Counted from the first letter of the stretch, positions 47,050-55,385 are shown. The stretch is DNA of 64,000 bases from an uncultured Clostridia bacterium (GCA_934747255.1 CAKVGH010000006.1:8414-72413), one strand, 5' to 3'. Translations and numbers: made by a program. The notes: generated by a model not told the origin, from the sequence alone.

Positions 47050-48582
47050 CTACATCCAAAATTTACTATCTAGACTTCTGTAATTAACTGCTTCAATAAT
47101 GTGTTCTGGTTTAATTTCTTCACTGCCATCAAGGTCGGCAATAGTTCTAGCAACCTTTAATATACGATTATGTGCTCTGGCTGTCAAGTGAAATTTATCA
47201 AAGGCATTTTTTAATATCCTGTCGCTTTGCTCGTCTATCTTACAATATTTTTTGCATTGGCTAGGCGACATTTCAGCATTGTTGTGAATATTTGTGCCCT
47301 TAAAACGGTCGGTTTGAATTTGCCTAGCCTTGTTGACTCTCTTTTTAATTTCAGCCGAACTTTCTTCAAGCGTTGTGCTGTTTAAGTCGCTATACTCTAT
47401 TCCGTCAACTTCTACATGCAAATCAATTCTGTCCATCATTGGACCTGATACTTTGTTTAAGTACGAGTGAATTTGATTTGCCGAACATTTACATTCGTGA
47501 AGTTTTGAACCGTAATAACCGCAAGGACAAGGGTTCATACTGGCAATAAGCGTGAAAGACGCAGGATACTCAATGCTTTGTGAAAGTCTTGCAACAGTGA
47601 TTTTTCCGTCTTCTAGTGGCTGACGCAAAACTTCAATAACTTGTCTTGGGTATTCTGGCAACTCGTCCAAAAATAATACTCCATTGTGTGCCAAACTAAT
47701 TTCGCCCGGTTTTGCTTTTGTTCCACCACCCGTTAATGTAATTGTTGTTGTGGTATGGTGTGGCGACCTAAATGGGCGATTAACCATAATTCCTGTTTTG
47801 TGGTCTAGTTTTCCCGCTATGCTGTGAATTTTTGTAACTTCCAATGCTTCATCAAAAGTCATTTCTGGCAAAATACTAGGGAACGCTTTTGCTAGCATAC
47901 TTTTGCCACTGCCGGGCGGACCCATCATCAAAACATTGTGTCCACCTGCTGCTGCAATTTCGAGTGCTCGTTTTGCTTGCTTTTGACCTTTTACATAGCA
48001 AAAATCGTTGTGATTTTCCACACTTTGCTTGATTACTTCGTAACTATTTGTCTTAACTTTTTCAAGCAACTCTTCGCCTTTCAAAAATGATATAACTTGC
48101 CTTAAATTTTCGCAGGCATAAACATCAATACCATCAATAAAACTTGCTTCCATTTCGTTATCTTTTGGAATAATGTACTTTTTATAACCTTCACTACGAG
48201 CCGAAATAAGCATAGGTAGTAAACCATCAATTTTTCTCAACCCACCATCAAGCGATAATTCGCCAATAACAATGTAGTCGTCCACGCTATGAACAGGCAT
48301 TTGATCGGTTGCGGTTAAAAGTCCTAGCGCTATTGCAAGGTCATAAATCGAGCCTTCCTTTTTGGTATTTGCTGGTGCTAAATTTGCAATAATTTTGTAA
48401 ATTGGGTACTCGTAGCCACTATTTTTAATTGCACTACGAACTCTTTCCTTACTTTCCTTTACGGAAGCATCAGGCAGTCCAACTATATCAAAACTAGGTA
48501 AGCCGTTGTTTATATCAATCTCAATTTCCACTTTATAGCCTTCTAGCCCAACAAGGCCATAACTTTTTATCTTTGAAAGCAT
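47050..48582 (-). CDS. comM: YifB/ComM Mg-chelatase-like AAA+ ATPase
   Basis: 510 aa with a Lon-like N-domain and the AAA+ Walker A MMGPPGSGKSMLA, plus the ...GVLFLDELPEY motif. Confidence 0.9.
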   Translation of the reverse strand: MLSKIKSYGLVGLEGYKVEIEIDINNGLPSFDIVGLPDASVKESKERVRSAIKNSGYEYPIYKIIANLAPANTKKEGSIYDLAIALGLLTATDQMPVHSVDDYIVIGELSLDGGLRKIDGLLPMLISARSEGYKKYIIPKDNEMEASFIDGIDVYACENLRQVISFLKGEELLEKVKTNSYEVIKQSVENHNDFCYVKGQKQAKRALEIAAAGGHNVLMMGPPGSGKSMLAKAFPSILPEMTFDEALEVTKIHSIAGKLDHKTGIMVNRPFRSPHHTTTTITLTGGGTKAKPGEISLAHNGVLFLDELPEYPRQVIEVLRQPLEDGKITVARLSQSIEYPASFTLIASMNPCPCGYYGSKLHECKCSANQIHSYLNKVSGPMMDRIDLHVEVDGIEYSDLNSTTLEESSAEIKKRVNKARQIQTDRFKGTNIHNNAEMSPSQCKKYCKIDEQSDRILKNAFDKFHLTARAHNRILKVARTIADLDGSEEIKPEHIIEAVNYRSLDSKFWM

Positions 48583-48804
48583 TAAAAATCTCCTTAACTA
48601 AATAATTTTATCATACTTTGTTAATTAAAAAAAATAATTTCCTATAAATTAGCCTAGATTAAAATTTTATTATTTTCATTTTATTATAAAAAAAATTTTA
48701 TTAAGATTTAGAAGTATTTTATTAAAATATTTAATAAATAATACTAATATAACAATTTATAATTAAACTTATTTAATATTGTTTTAATTGATAAAAGAAG
48801 TACA

Positions 48805-48831
48805 ACAAAAAAGCAGTCATAACAACTGCCT
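48805..48831 (-). terminator. Probable terminator after rplS
   Basis: A short 5-bp stem gcagt/actgc with a minus-strand T-run. It is weaker than the other terminators in the window. Confidence 0.4.
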
Positions 48832-48836
48832 TTTTA

Positions 48837-49178
48837 CTATCTATCTTCTTTTACACGAGCTGACTTACCAGTTCTTTCTCTTAAATAGTAGAGTTTTGCT
48901 CTATTGACTTTACCTTTTCTAACAACTTCAATTCTGTCAATTCTTGGACTATGAAGTGGGAATGTTCTTTCTACACCAATTCCATAAGAAATTCTACGAA
49001 CTGTGAAAGTTTCTCTAATACTTCCATTTCTCTTTGCAATAACTACGCCTTCGTATGCTTGAAGTCTTTCTTTATCGCCTTCAACAACCTTTACGAAAAC
49101 TTTAACGGTATCGCCAACATTAAATTGTGGAACTTCTTTTTTAAGGTTTTCTTTTTCGATTACATCAATAATATTCAT
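48837..49178 (-). CDS. rplS: 50S ribosomal protein L19
   Basis: I prefer the start [27 protein letters not shown], which has an AAGGAGG RBS. The 31-codon upstream extension in the track is probably 5' leader. Confidence 0.95.
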   Translation of the reverse strand: MNIIDVIEKENLKKEVPQFNVGDTVKVFVKVVEGDKERLQAYEGVVIAKRNGSIRETFTVRRISYGIGVERTFPLHSPRIDRIEVVRKGKVNRAKLYYLRERTGKSARVKEDR

Positions 49179-49444
49179 TACTTTTTCCTCCTTAAAAGAT
49201 TTGCCAGTAAATGTTCTTGCACCGCTTGCAGAGGACCACTCATACTGCACGATATGTATTTTATCATACAAATTATTATTTTACAAGTATTTTTTTAATA
49301 TTTCTAAAACTTTTTTATGCTATTTTTAACTATCAATTTTTTACCAAATTTTAGAGCAAATTAAGTGCTTACTAATAAGCAAAACAAACTAGATTTACAA
49401 TAGTAAACGATACAAAGTGATTGAATTATTAAGACAAAATGACA

Positions 49445-49512
49445 GCGAAAAATACGCTGTTTTTTTATCATAGATAAAAAAATGAAATATTAAAAAAATT
49501 TGTATTTTTTCA
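49445..49512. repeat. 68-nt intergenic repeat, copy A
   Basis: 66/68 identical to 58623-58690, and the last 57 nt are 100% identical. In this copy it starts with a 6-bp hairpin, acagcg/cgctgt, followed by T7. Confidence 0.85.
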
Positions 49513-49582
49513 TAATACCAACTTGTTGTTGACAAAAAGAAAAAAATTGTTTTGCGAAGATTAAGGGTTATTGAAAGAAGTG

Positions 49583-49672
49583 GGGCTATGTGATATAAAA
49601 CCGCAGGTTTTAGAAAAATCTTTGATTTTTCTCACAATTTTAGTAAAACTAAAATTGAATATCACATAGCCC
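49583..49672. other. Perfect four-way-junction (cloverleaf-like) palindromic element
   Basis: A 14-bp closing stem (49583-49596 / 49659-49672) encloses three hairpins: 6 bp (49597-49611), 9 bp (49612-49632) and 9 bp (49636-49656). Each hairpin has a 3-nt loop. All 38 pairs are Watson-Crick, and only 5 junction nucleotides are unpaired. Confidence 0.8.
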
Positions 49673-49796
49673 GCCAAGCCAACGGCAATTAGATTGCTTT
49701 ACGCTATTTATTTCTCATTATATTCCCCTATTTTTTTCATCTTTTATCAAGCAATATTGTTATTTCTAAAATGATAAAATGCTTGCCAAATATCTA

Positions 49797-50135
49797 TCAA
49801 AAGCAGTTTTGAATATGTGTGAGTTTATCACCCAAAATTTCAATACAATCAAATCGTACTTTGGAATTGAGATTTTTTGTGAATTTTAAGTAGCCCAGTG
49901 CGATTTTTCTTATTTTGTTTTGTTTATATAAGGTTACGGCTTCTCGTGGCAAGCCAAAGCGTGCGGTTTCACGAGTTTTAACTTCAACAAACACGATTAT
50001 GTCATTTTGCTGGGCAATAATGTCTATTTCGCCCAATGGCGAAGTAAAATTTGTTTCCAAAATCTTATATTTTTGACTAATTAAATACTGCTTTGCTTGT
50101 TGCTCGCCTTTGTTTCCTAAAATATGTGTATTCAT
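49797..50135 (-). CDS. yraN: YraN-family (UPF0102) endonuclease-like protein
   Basis: 112 aa. ...GEQQAKQYLISQKYKILETNFTSPLGEIDIIA...VFVEVKTR is the YraN pattern. Confidence 0.8.
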   Translation of the reverse strand: MNTHILGNKGEQQAKQYLISQKYKILETNFTSPLGEIDIIAQQNDIIVFVEVKTRETARFGLPREAVTLYKQNKIRKIALGYLKFTKNLNSKVRFDCIEILGDKLTHIQNCF

Positions 50136-50146
50136 TTTTGTTAAAC

Positions 50147-51052
50147 CTAATCTAAAATAATTTTACCCAGTCTACCCTTTTTGAAGTCGTCCAAAATCGC
50201 TCTTGCGCAACGCTCATAATCATATTCGTGATTTTTTAACATAAAGCCACGCTTTTGACAAATTTGCTCATAAATATCTAAACACCACATTTTCAAATCT
50301 TCGTTGTCGTAAATTTTGGCTTTATTGTTATCTTCGATATTTAATAAATCAGCAACTGCACTATCATCTATCTTTATGCCATAGCGTTTTTCTATAATAG
50401 TTTTGTCCTTTATTGCCAAATCAATTAAAAAATCAAGTGCCAACGAACTAACATCTAAAACTTCTTCTTTGATTGAGCCGATGTACGCCAAATTATGTGC
50501 AACAGCAGTATTATCTAGGTTTGGCCAAAGTGTTCCTGGGGTGTCCAAAACTTCCAAATTTGGTGCTACTATTACCCATTGTTTACCACGAGTAACACCA
50601 GCCCTATCGCCAGTAATGGTTTTACCTTTACCGCAAAGATTGTTAATAAGTGTGCTTTTGCCACAGTTTGGTACACCCAAAATCATCATACGAAGCGGAA
50701 TAGTAATGCCACGCTTTTCGTTTCGTTCTAATTTTTTAACCTTCAAATTTTTTACTGCATCAAGCAATTTTTTTGACGAATTACTTTCGGTAGAGTTTAG
50801 CGTAATACAATATTTATTCTCGCCAGTAAAATATTTCTGCCATTTTTTTAAGGAGTTTTCGTCAACCAAATCGGCTTTGTTTAGTACAAAAATAATTGGC
50901 TTTTTTTTGAGTAAATCTTCAAAACAAGGGTTCACGCATGAAAAAGGTGCTCTGGAATCAAGCACATATACGGCAATATCTATCAAATCTAGTTCGTCCT
51001 GCATCATTCTTAATGCTTTATCCATGTGTCCCGGATACCAATTTATTATCAT
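50147..51052 (-). CDS. rbgA: Ribosome biogenesis GTPase A (YlqF/RbgA)
   Basis: 301 aa. It opens with INWYPGHM, then shows circularly permuted G motifs (NKADL ... GVPNCGKSTLIN ... DTPG). Confidence 0.9.
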   Translation of the reverse strand: MIINWYPGHMDKALRMMQDELDLIDIAVYVLDSRAPFSCVNPCFEDLLKKKPIIFVLNKADLVDENSLKKWQKYFTGENKYCITLNSTESNSSKKLLDAVKNLKVKKLERNEKRGITIPLRMMILGVPNCGKSTLINNLCGKGKTITGDRAGVTRGKQWVIVAPNLEVLDTPGTLWPNLDNTAVAHNLAYIGSIKEEVLDVSSLALDFLIDLAIKDKTIIEKRYGIKIDDSAVADLLNIEDNNKAKIYDNEDLKMWCLDIYEQICQKRGFMLKNHEYDYERCARAILDDFKKGRLGKIILD

Positions 51053-51141
51053 ACTTTTCCCCTTAAATTTTGCAATTCAATAGTTTGCAGATGAGTTTTT
51101 GCCAAATCTTCGATTTTTTAATATCAACTTGTTTGTAATCA

Positions 51142-51828
51142 CTAATCGTTTTTTGAGTGGTTCAATTTTTCTATCAAATCTGGTCTACGCTGTTTTGTTA
51201 TTTCGAGTGATTTTTGTTTTCGCCAAAGGTCAATTTGCTTATGATTTCCGCTAACTAAAACATCTGGCACTTTATAACCTAAAAAATCTTGTGGTTTTGT
51301 GTATTGTGGATATTCGAGCAAGCCAGAAGAAAAACTTTCTTCTCTTGTGCTGTCTTTTGCCAAAACTCCGTCAATATATCTACTAACGGCATCAACAAAC
51401 ACCATTGCTGGTAATTCTCCACCAGTTAATACATAATCGCCAATAGATATCTCGTCAGCATTAAAGATATCTAAAATTCGCTGGTCTACGCCTTCATAAT
51501 GTCCACAAATAAGTATTAAGTGTTCGATTTTACTATATTCTACAACAAGTTGTTGAGACAATGTCTTACCTTTTGGCGACATATAACAAATTACGGAATT
51601 AGGTTGTTTTACACTCATAATTGCATCGTATAAAGGCTGGCAAGTCATAACCATTCCTGCTCCGCCACCAAATGGTGTATCATCTGTTTTATGGTGCTTG
51701 TCTTGACTAAAATCTCTAATGTTAATGATATTTATTCTCAATAAATCTTTTTCAACTGCTCTGCCTATAATACTACATTTTAGTGGTTCAAACATTTCTG
51801 GAAAGGTTGTTAAAATATCAATTTTCAT
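51142..51828 (-). CDS. trmD: tRNA (guanine37-N1)-methyltransferase
   Basis: 228 aa. MKIDILTTFPEMF... and the GHYEGVDQR and LTGGELPAM motifs. Confidence 0.95.
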   Translation of the reverse strand: MKIDILTTFPEMFEPLKCSIIGRAVEKDLLRINIINIRDFSQDKHHKTDDTPFGGGAGMVMTCQPLYDAIMSVKQPNSVICYMSPKGKTLSQQLVVEYSKIEHLILICGHYEGVDQRILDIFNADEISIGDYVLTGGELPAMVFVDAVSRYIDGVLAKDSTREESFSSGLLEYPQYTKPQDFLGYKVPDVLVSGNHKQIDLWRKQKSLEITKQRRPDLIEKLNHSKND

Positions 51829-52328
51829 ACTAACACCTCAAAAAATCTGTCCGTGACATAAACTTTCATATTTTCAATATCTATTTTACCAAAAACATCT
51901 TTCAAAAATGGCACAGAATATTCCCTTCCATTTTTTTCAAAAACGATAATATCACTTGCGCCGTAATTTTCGACATCAACAATTCTTCCTTGATTTTTGC
52001 CGTTGGCACCTATTATTTCACAGCCCACCAAATCTACAATAAAAAAGTGGTCTTGGTCTAGTTTTACGCTATTTTCTCTATCAACAAAAATGCACTTTTC
52101 CCTTAAAAAATCAACCTGCTCTGGATTATCAATTCCAACAATTTTTAGCGTAACAAAATCGCCACGAAGCGTGACTTTTTCTACAACCTGTTTTTGCTCA
52201 TCATTTTCAAAGTAAAAATGCTTTAATTCCTTAAAGCGATTTATGTTATCTGTATAAGGTATAACCTTAAATTCTCCTTTTATTCCTACTGGTTTTACAA
52301 TCTTTCCAATACACAAAAATTTTTCCAT
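51825..52328 (-). CDS. rimM: 16S rRNA processing protein RimM
   Basis: 167 aa. ...IGKIVKPVGIKGEFKV... followed by a PRC barrel. It overlaps the trmD start. Confidence 0.9.
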   Translation of the reverse strand: MEKFLCIGKIVKPVGIKGEFKVIPYTDNINRFKELKHFYFENDEQKQVVEKVTLRGDFVTLKIVGIDNPEQVDFLREKCIFVDRENSVKLDQDHFFIVDLVGCEIIGANGKNQGRIVDVENYGASDIIVFEKNGREYSVPFLKDVFGKIDIENMKVYVTDRFFEVLV

Positions 52329-52550
52329 ATTGTTATTTTATCAAAAATCATAACTTTTAGCAACTGTAATAGAATATTTTAGTTTTTAAGAGTACAAAGT
52401 CAAAAAATTCTTAATAAAATTAGATGAAAAACAAAACTCACTAATTTTGTCAAAGCACGAGTTTACTTCCGCAAACACCTACTATAATATCAATAGAAAC
52501 AATGTTTTTAACTCATTTTTGCCAGCAAAAACTCGCTACCCACTCATTCA

Positions 52551-52676
52551 TAGGAAGGCAAAAAAGGTTGAAGATTTTGTTTTTCTTTTATATTTTTGAC
52601 AACGGGAGTTTACTTCTGTAAATGACCTAGGAAAAAATTAAAAAAAAGCGAAAGATTCGCTTTTTTTGCCTTCCTA
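52551..52676. repeat. 15-bp perfect inverted repeat bracketing the rpsR terminator
   Basis: taggaaggcaaaaaa (52551-52565) is the reverse complement of ttttttgccttccta (52662-52676). The right arm overlaps the rpsR stop codon. The enclosed 96 nt hold the rpsR terminator hairpin (agcgaa-aga-ttcgct, 52647-52661) and one copy of a ~30-nt duplicated motif. Confidence 0.75.
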
Positions 52677-52949
52677 TTCGCCTTTGAATGGTAAGATAGC
52701 CATACATCTAGCACGCTTAATTGCTACTGTAAGTTCTCTTTGGTGACTTGCACAAACACCTGTTTGGCGTCTTGGCAAGATTTTACCTTTTTCTGTAACA
52801 AATCTTTTTAGTTTAGCACCGTCTTTGTAGTCGATTTTTTCAACTTTATCTGTACAGAAAGGACAAACTTTTTTTCTTGCTACTTTGTATGGTTTTTTAA
52901 TTTTATCATCGCCATCATTGTAAGTAGCATTTTTTCTATTATCTGCCAT
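52674..52949 (-). CDS. rpsR: 30S ribosomal protein S18
   Basis: 91 aa. ...[15 protein letters not shown]...[24 protein letters not shown]... Confidence 0.95.
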   Translation of the reverse strand: MADNRKNATYNDGDDKIKKPYKVARKKVCPFCTDKVEKIDYKDGAKLKRFVTEKGKILPRRQTGVCASHQRELTVAIKRARCMAILPFKGE

Positions 52950-52966
52950 AATTATTCTCCTTTTTA

Positions 52967-53380
52967 TTAAAATGGAAGTTGGTCATCATCTATTGGTTGA
53001 AGTTTTGTTGTTTCTGTTTTTGGTTCTTGTTTTTCTTCCAAAACTTCGCCGTCAGCAGATTGTGGTCTTGAACCAACAAATTCAACTTCTTCTGCAACAA
53101 CTTCTGTTAAATATCTTTTTGTTCCGTCTTGAGCATCATAATTTCTTGTTTGAAGACTACCAATAACGGCTGCCTTACTGCCTTTTCTTAAATATTTGTG
53201 GCAAGTATCAGCGAGTCCTCTCCAAGCAACAATGTTAAAGAAGTCTGTTTCTCTTTCGCCTTCGCTGTTTGAGAATCTTCTTGTAACTGCAAGAGAAAAT
53301 CTTACAACGCTAACACCACTTGTTGTAGTTGTAAGTTCTGGGTCTTTTGTTAAATTTCCAATTAAAATAACTTTATTCAT
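52967..53380 (-). CDS. ssb: Single-stranded DNA-binding protein
   Basis: 137 aa with an OB fold ([16 protein letters not shown]...) and the acidic tail DDDQLPF. Confidence 0.95.
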   Translation of the reverse strand: MNKVILIGNLTKDPELTTTTSGVSVVRFSLAVTRRFSNSEGERETDFFNIVAWRGLADTCHKYLRKGSKAAVIGSLQTRNYDAQDGTKRYLTEVVAEEVEFVGSRPQSADGEVLEEKQEPKTETTKLQPIDDDQLPF

Positions 53381-53389
53381 ACAATACTC

Positions 53390-53671
53390 CTATTTCTTAA
53401 TAAACATTGCTCTAACAACATTATCAGTAATGTTTAAGAGTTTTTGAACATCTTTAAGAACTTTTCCTTCTGCTTCTATGTTAAATAAAACATAAACGCC
53501 TTCATCTTTGTAGTTAATCTTGTAAGCGTATTTTTTTACACCCCATTTATCAACACTTTCGATAGCAATACCCTTTGATTCAACGATTGACTTAACTTTT
53601 TCAATCAATGCTTCGTTTTGAGCATCTTCTGCTTGTGCCGATAAAACTACGAGCAATTCATACTTGTTCAT
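53390..53671 (-). CDS. rpsF: 30S ribosomal protein S6
   Basis: 93 aa. MNKYELLVVLS...KWGVKKYAYKI... Confidence 0.95.
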   Translation of the reverse strand: MNKYELLVVLSAQAEDAQNEALIEKVKSIVESKGIAIESVDKWGVKKYAYKINYKDEGVYVLFNIEAEGKVLKDVQKLLNITDNVVRAMFIKK

Positions 53672-53719
53672 ACTTTTACCTCCTTTTGGACTAATTGACT
53701 TATTTTATAATAAGTAAGG

Positions 53720-53737
53720 TTCGGGACAACTCCCGAA
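53720..53737 (-). promoter_or_regulatory. Hairpin in the rpsF 5' leader (possible S6:S18-binding autoregulatory element)
   Basis: A 7-bp stem ttcggga/tcccgaa with a 4-nt loop lies about 50 nt upstream of the rpsF start. An rpsF-leader structure is known in Firmicutes, but I cannot verify its internal-loop signature by eye. Confidence 0.3.
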
Positions 53738-53848
53738 GCATAAATATAATATCATATAAATTTATAAATTACAAGTAATTTTTTTATTTTAATATAAATA
53801 ATAATATGTGGAAAATTATATTAGAGAAATTTACTCTTCTTTTATCTT

Positions 53849-54016
53849 TTAGAGTAAAACTTTTTTTCTAGAATTTACTTCCCTTGGCTCTAAATCAATT
53901 TGAATACAACTATCACAAATGCCCATAGAATTTAATTCAATCTTGTCCAAAGTGCAAATGTTATTTTTTTGATAAATGCAGAATTCGTTTTCGCATAATA
54001 CTACGATGTTTTTCAT
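53849..54016 (-). CDS. Small Cys-rich protein (55 aa)
   Basis: It is not in the track because it is shorter than 60 aa. Sequence: MKNIVVLCENEFCIYQKNNICTLDKIELNSMGICDSCIQIDLEPREVNSRKKVLL. It has five Cys, including CDSC. A GAGG RBS lies about 11 nt upstream. It is divergent from the XRE pair. Confidence 0.45.
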   Translation of the reverse strand: MKNIVVLCENEFCIYQKNNICTLDKIELNSMGICDSCIQIDLEPREVNSRKKVLL

Positions 54017-54107
54017 AAACTAATTGCCTCACAGTCTATTATAGGGACTTTAAGCCCCAATGGTCAAGCAATTTGTTGAGATATAATTTTTTTAGGTAAT
54101 AAAGGTT

Positions 54108-54320
54108 ATGAATAAAAAAGAATTTGGATTAAATCTAGCAAAATTAAGAGAAAAAACGGGGCTATCTGCATACGAACTTTCAATGCGTTTGGGCAAAGAC
54201 AGTACATATATCAATAAAATTGAAAATGGATTGAGATTTCCAAGTGTTGCTATGGTTTTTGAAATTGCAAATGCACTCAATATTGAACCTAGCCAATTAT
54301 TTCAAAATAGTAAAAATTAG
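54108..54320 (+). CDS. XRE-family helix-turn-helix regulator (paralog 1)
   Basis: 70 aa. FGLNLAKLREKTGLSAYELSMRLGKDSTYINKIENG is a Cro/C1-type HTH. Confidence 0.8.
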   Translation: MNKKEFGLNLAKLREKTGLSAYELSMRLGKDSTYINKIENGLRFPSVAMVFEIANALNIEPSQLFQNSKN

Positions 54321-54330
54321 AGAGTAAAAT

Positions 54331-54540
54331 ATGAACATAAATACATTTGGGTTGAATTTAGCAAAAAAACGAATTAAACTCAACATTTCTGCTTACGAAC
54401 TATCTTTAAGACTTGGAAAAGATGCAACTTATGTAAACAAAGTGGAAAACGGCAAGATTTACCCTAGTCTACCTATGGTATTTGAAATTGCAAATGCACT
54501 TGATATTGAGCCAAGTGAATTGTTTGTTGATGAAAAATAA
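54331..54540 (+). CDS. XRE-family helix-turn-helix regulator (paralog 2)
   Basis: 69 aa, starting 10 nt after paralog 1. It shares the runs FGLNLAK, SAYELS, RLGKD, MVFEIANAL and IEPS with paralog 1. Confidence 0.8.
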   Translation: MNINTFGLNLAKKRIKLNISAYELSLRLGKDATYVNKVENGKIYPSLPMVFEIANALDIEPSELFVDEK

Positions 54541-54568
54541 AAAAATCTCCCGATTGGGAGATTTTTTA
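54538..54568. terminator. Bidirectional terminator between XRE paralog 2 and the convergent Cys-rich gene
   Basis: An 8-bp stem aatctccc/gggagatt (54544-54563) is flanked by an A-run and a T-run. Confidence 0.75.
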
Positions 54569-54579
54569 GTGTCCAGTTT

Positions 54580-55218
54580 TTATGCGCTTGTTGGATATAA
54601 TGGCAAATCAAACACGCCAGCACAAACTTCTTGTGAATAGTCCTGACATTGTGGGATTTTGCAGTATCCATAACTTGGAACAAGAATATCTGCATTGGCA
54701 ACAACTCGCAAGATTACTGTTACGCAACCGCTAACGATTGCTGTTGCAGTATCACCTGTAAAGTCACCGTCCGAGCAAACCATTGCTCCGTAGCCTAAAA
54801 CTTCAAATGGAATAACTGAATTACAAGGAACGCACATAACAACATCTTTGTTGATAGTTAATGTGGCTGTTCCTGTGCCAGCTGTACCATTGGCATCAGT
54901 AAAGTTTACCAAAATTGGAATGTTGATGTCGGCTGTTACTCTTGCAAAGTTTGGTCTATCGTCAAATCTATCAATAACAAGGTCCGTTAATGTTGCTGGT
55001 CCATTTGAAGCACAACTTACGAAAGTTAATGGATAAACAACGGTAGATGGAGTTATGTTAGTAAGTGATAGAGAAACATTTTCGATATGTATTTGGTTCA
55101 TACAAGAATCGAAAACTTTTGTTGCATTGATACAAACTTTTTCGCACAAGCCGTTTACTGGATTGCCTGTTATAGGTCCGGGACACCTATCCGTTCTATT
55201 ATTTGTGAAAAATGACAT
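54580..55218 (-). CDS. Cys-rich, beta-strand-rich protein of unknown function (possible spore coat/exosporium-type structural protein)
   Basis: 212 aa with an AGGAGG RBS and no signal peptide or TM segment. There are about 13 Cys, including an N-terminal C-x12-C-x3-C-x9-C pattern (RCPGP...GLCEKVCINATKVFDSC) and a C-terminal CKIPQCQDYSQEVC. T/V/N/G-rich stretches separate them. The resemblance to the CotY/CotZ/ExsY style is impressionistic only. Confidence 0.35.
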   Translation of the reverse strand: MSFFTNNRTDRCPGPITGNPVNGLCEKVCINATKVFDSCMNQIHIENVSLSLTNITPSTVVYPLTFVSCASNGPATLTDLVIDRFDDRPNFARVTADINIPILVNFTDANGTAGTGTATLTINKDVVMCVPCNSVIPFEVLGYGAMVCSDGDFTGDTATAIVSGCVTVILRVVANADILVPSYGYCKIPQCQDYSQEVCAGVFDLPLYPTSA

Positions 55219-55385
55219 AATATTATACCTCCTAAAAATAGCCCGTATACTAAATGATATGCTCTCGCAAAAAAAATTGACACATTTGTGCCAATTATTA
55301 TGTTTTTTGAAAGATTCCTAAAGACATTAACTATAAATTAAGTCATTTTTCTTATTATATTAGCATACTTATTCGCCAAGGTCTT

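Noticed and set aside
49179-49271. The 31-codon N-terminal extension of rplS in the track ORF. I also asked whether this region is the Firmicute L19 leader.
   Set aside because: The extension has no RBS, and L19 begins canonically at MNIIDVIEK, which has an AAGGAGG RBS. The segment is probably 5' UTR, but I cannot verify the L19-leader consensus by eye, so it is not reported as a feature.
54092-54704. Minus-strand ORFs 54092-54280 (62 aa) and 54459-54704 (81 aa).
   Set aside because: They are antisense to or overlap the two XRE genes and the bidirectional terminator. They have no RBS, and their sequences are not protein-like.
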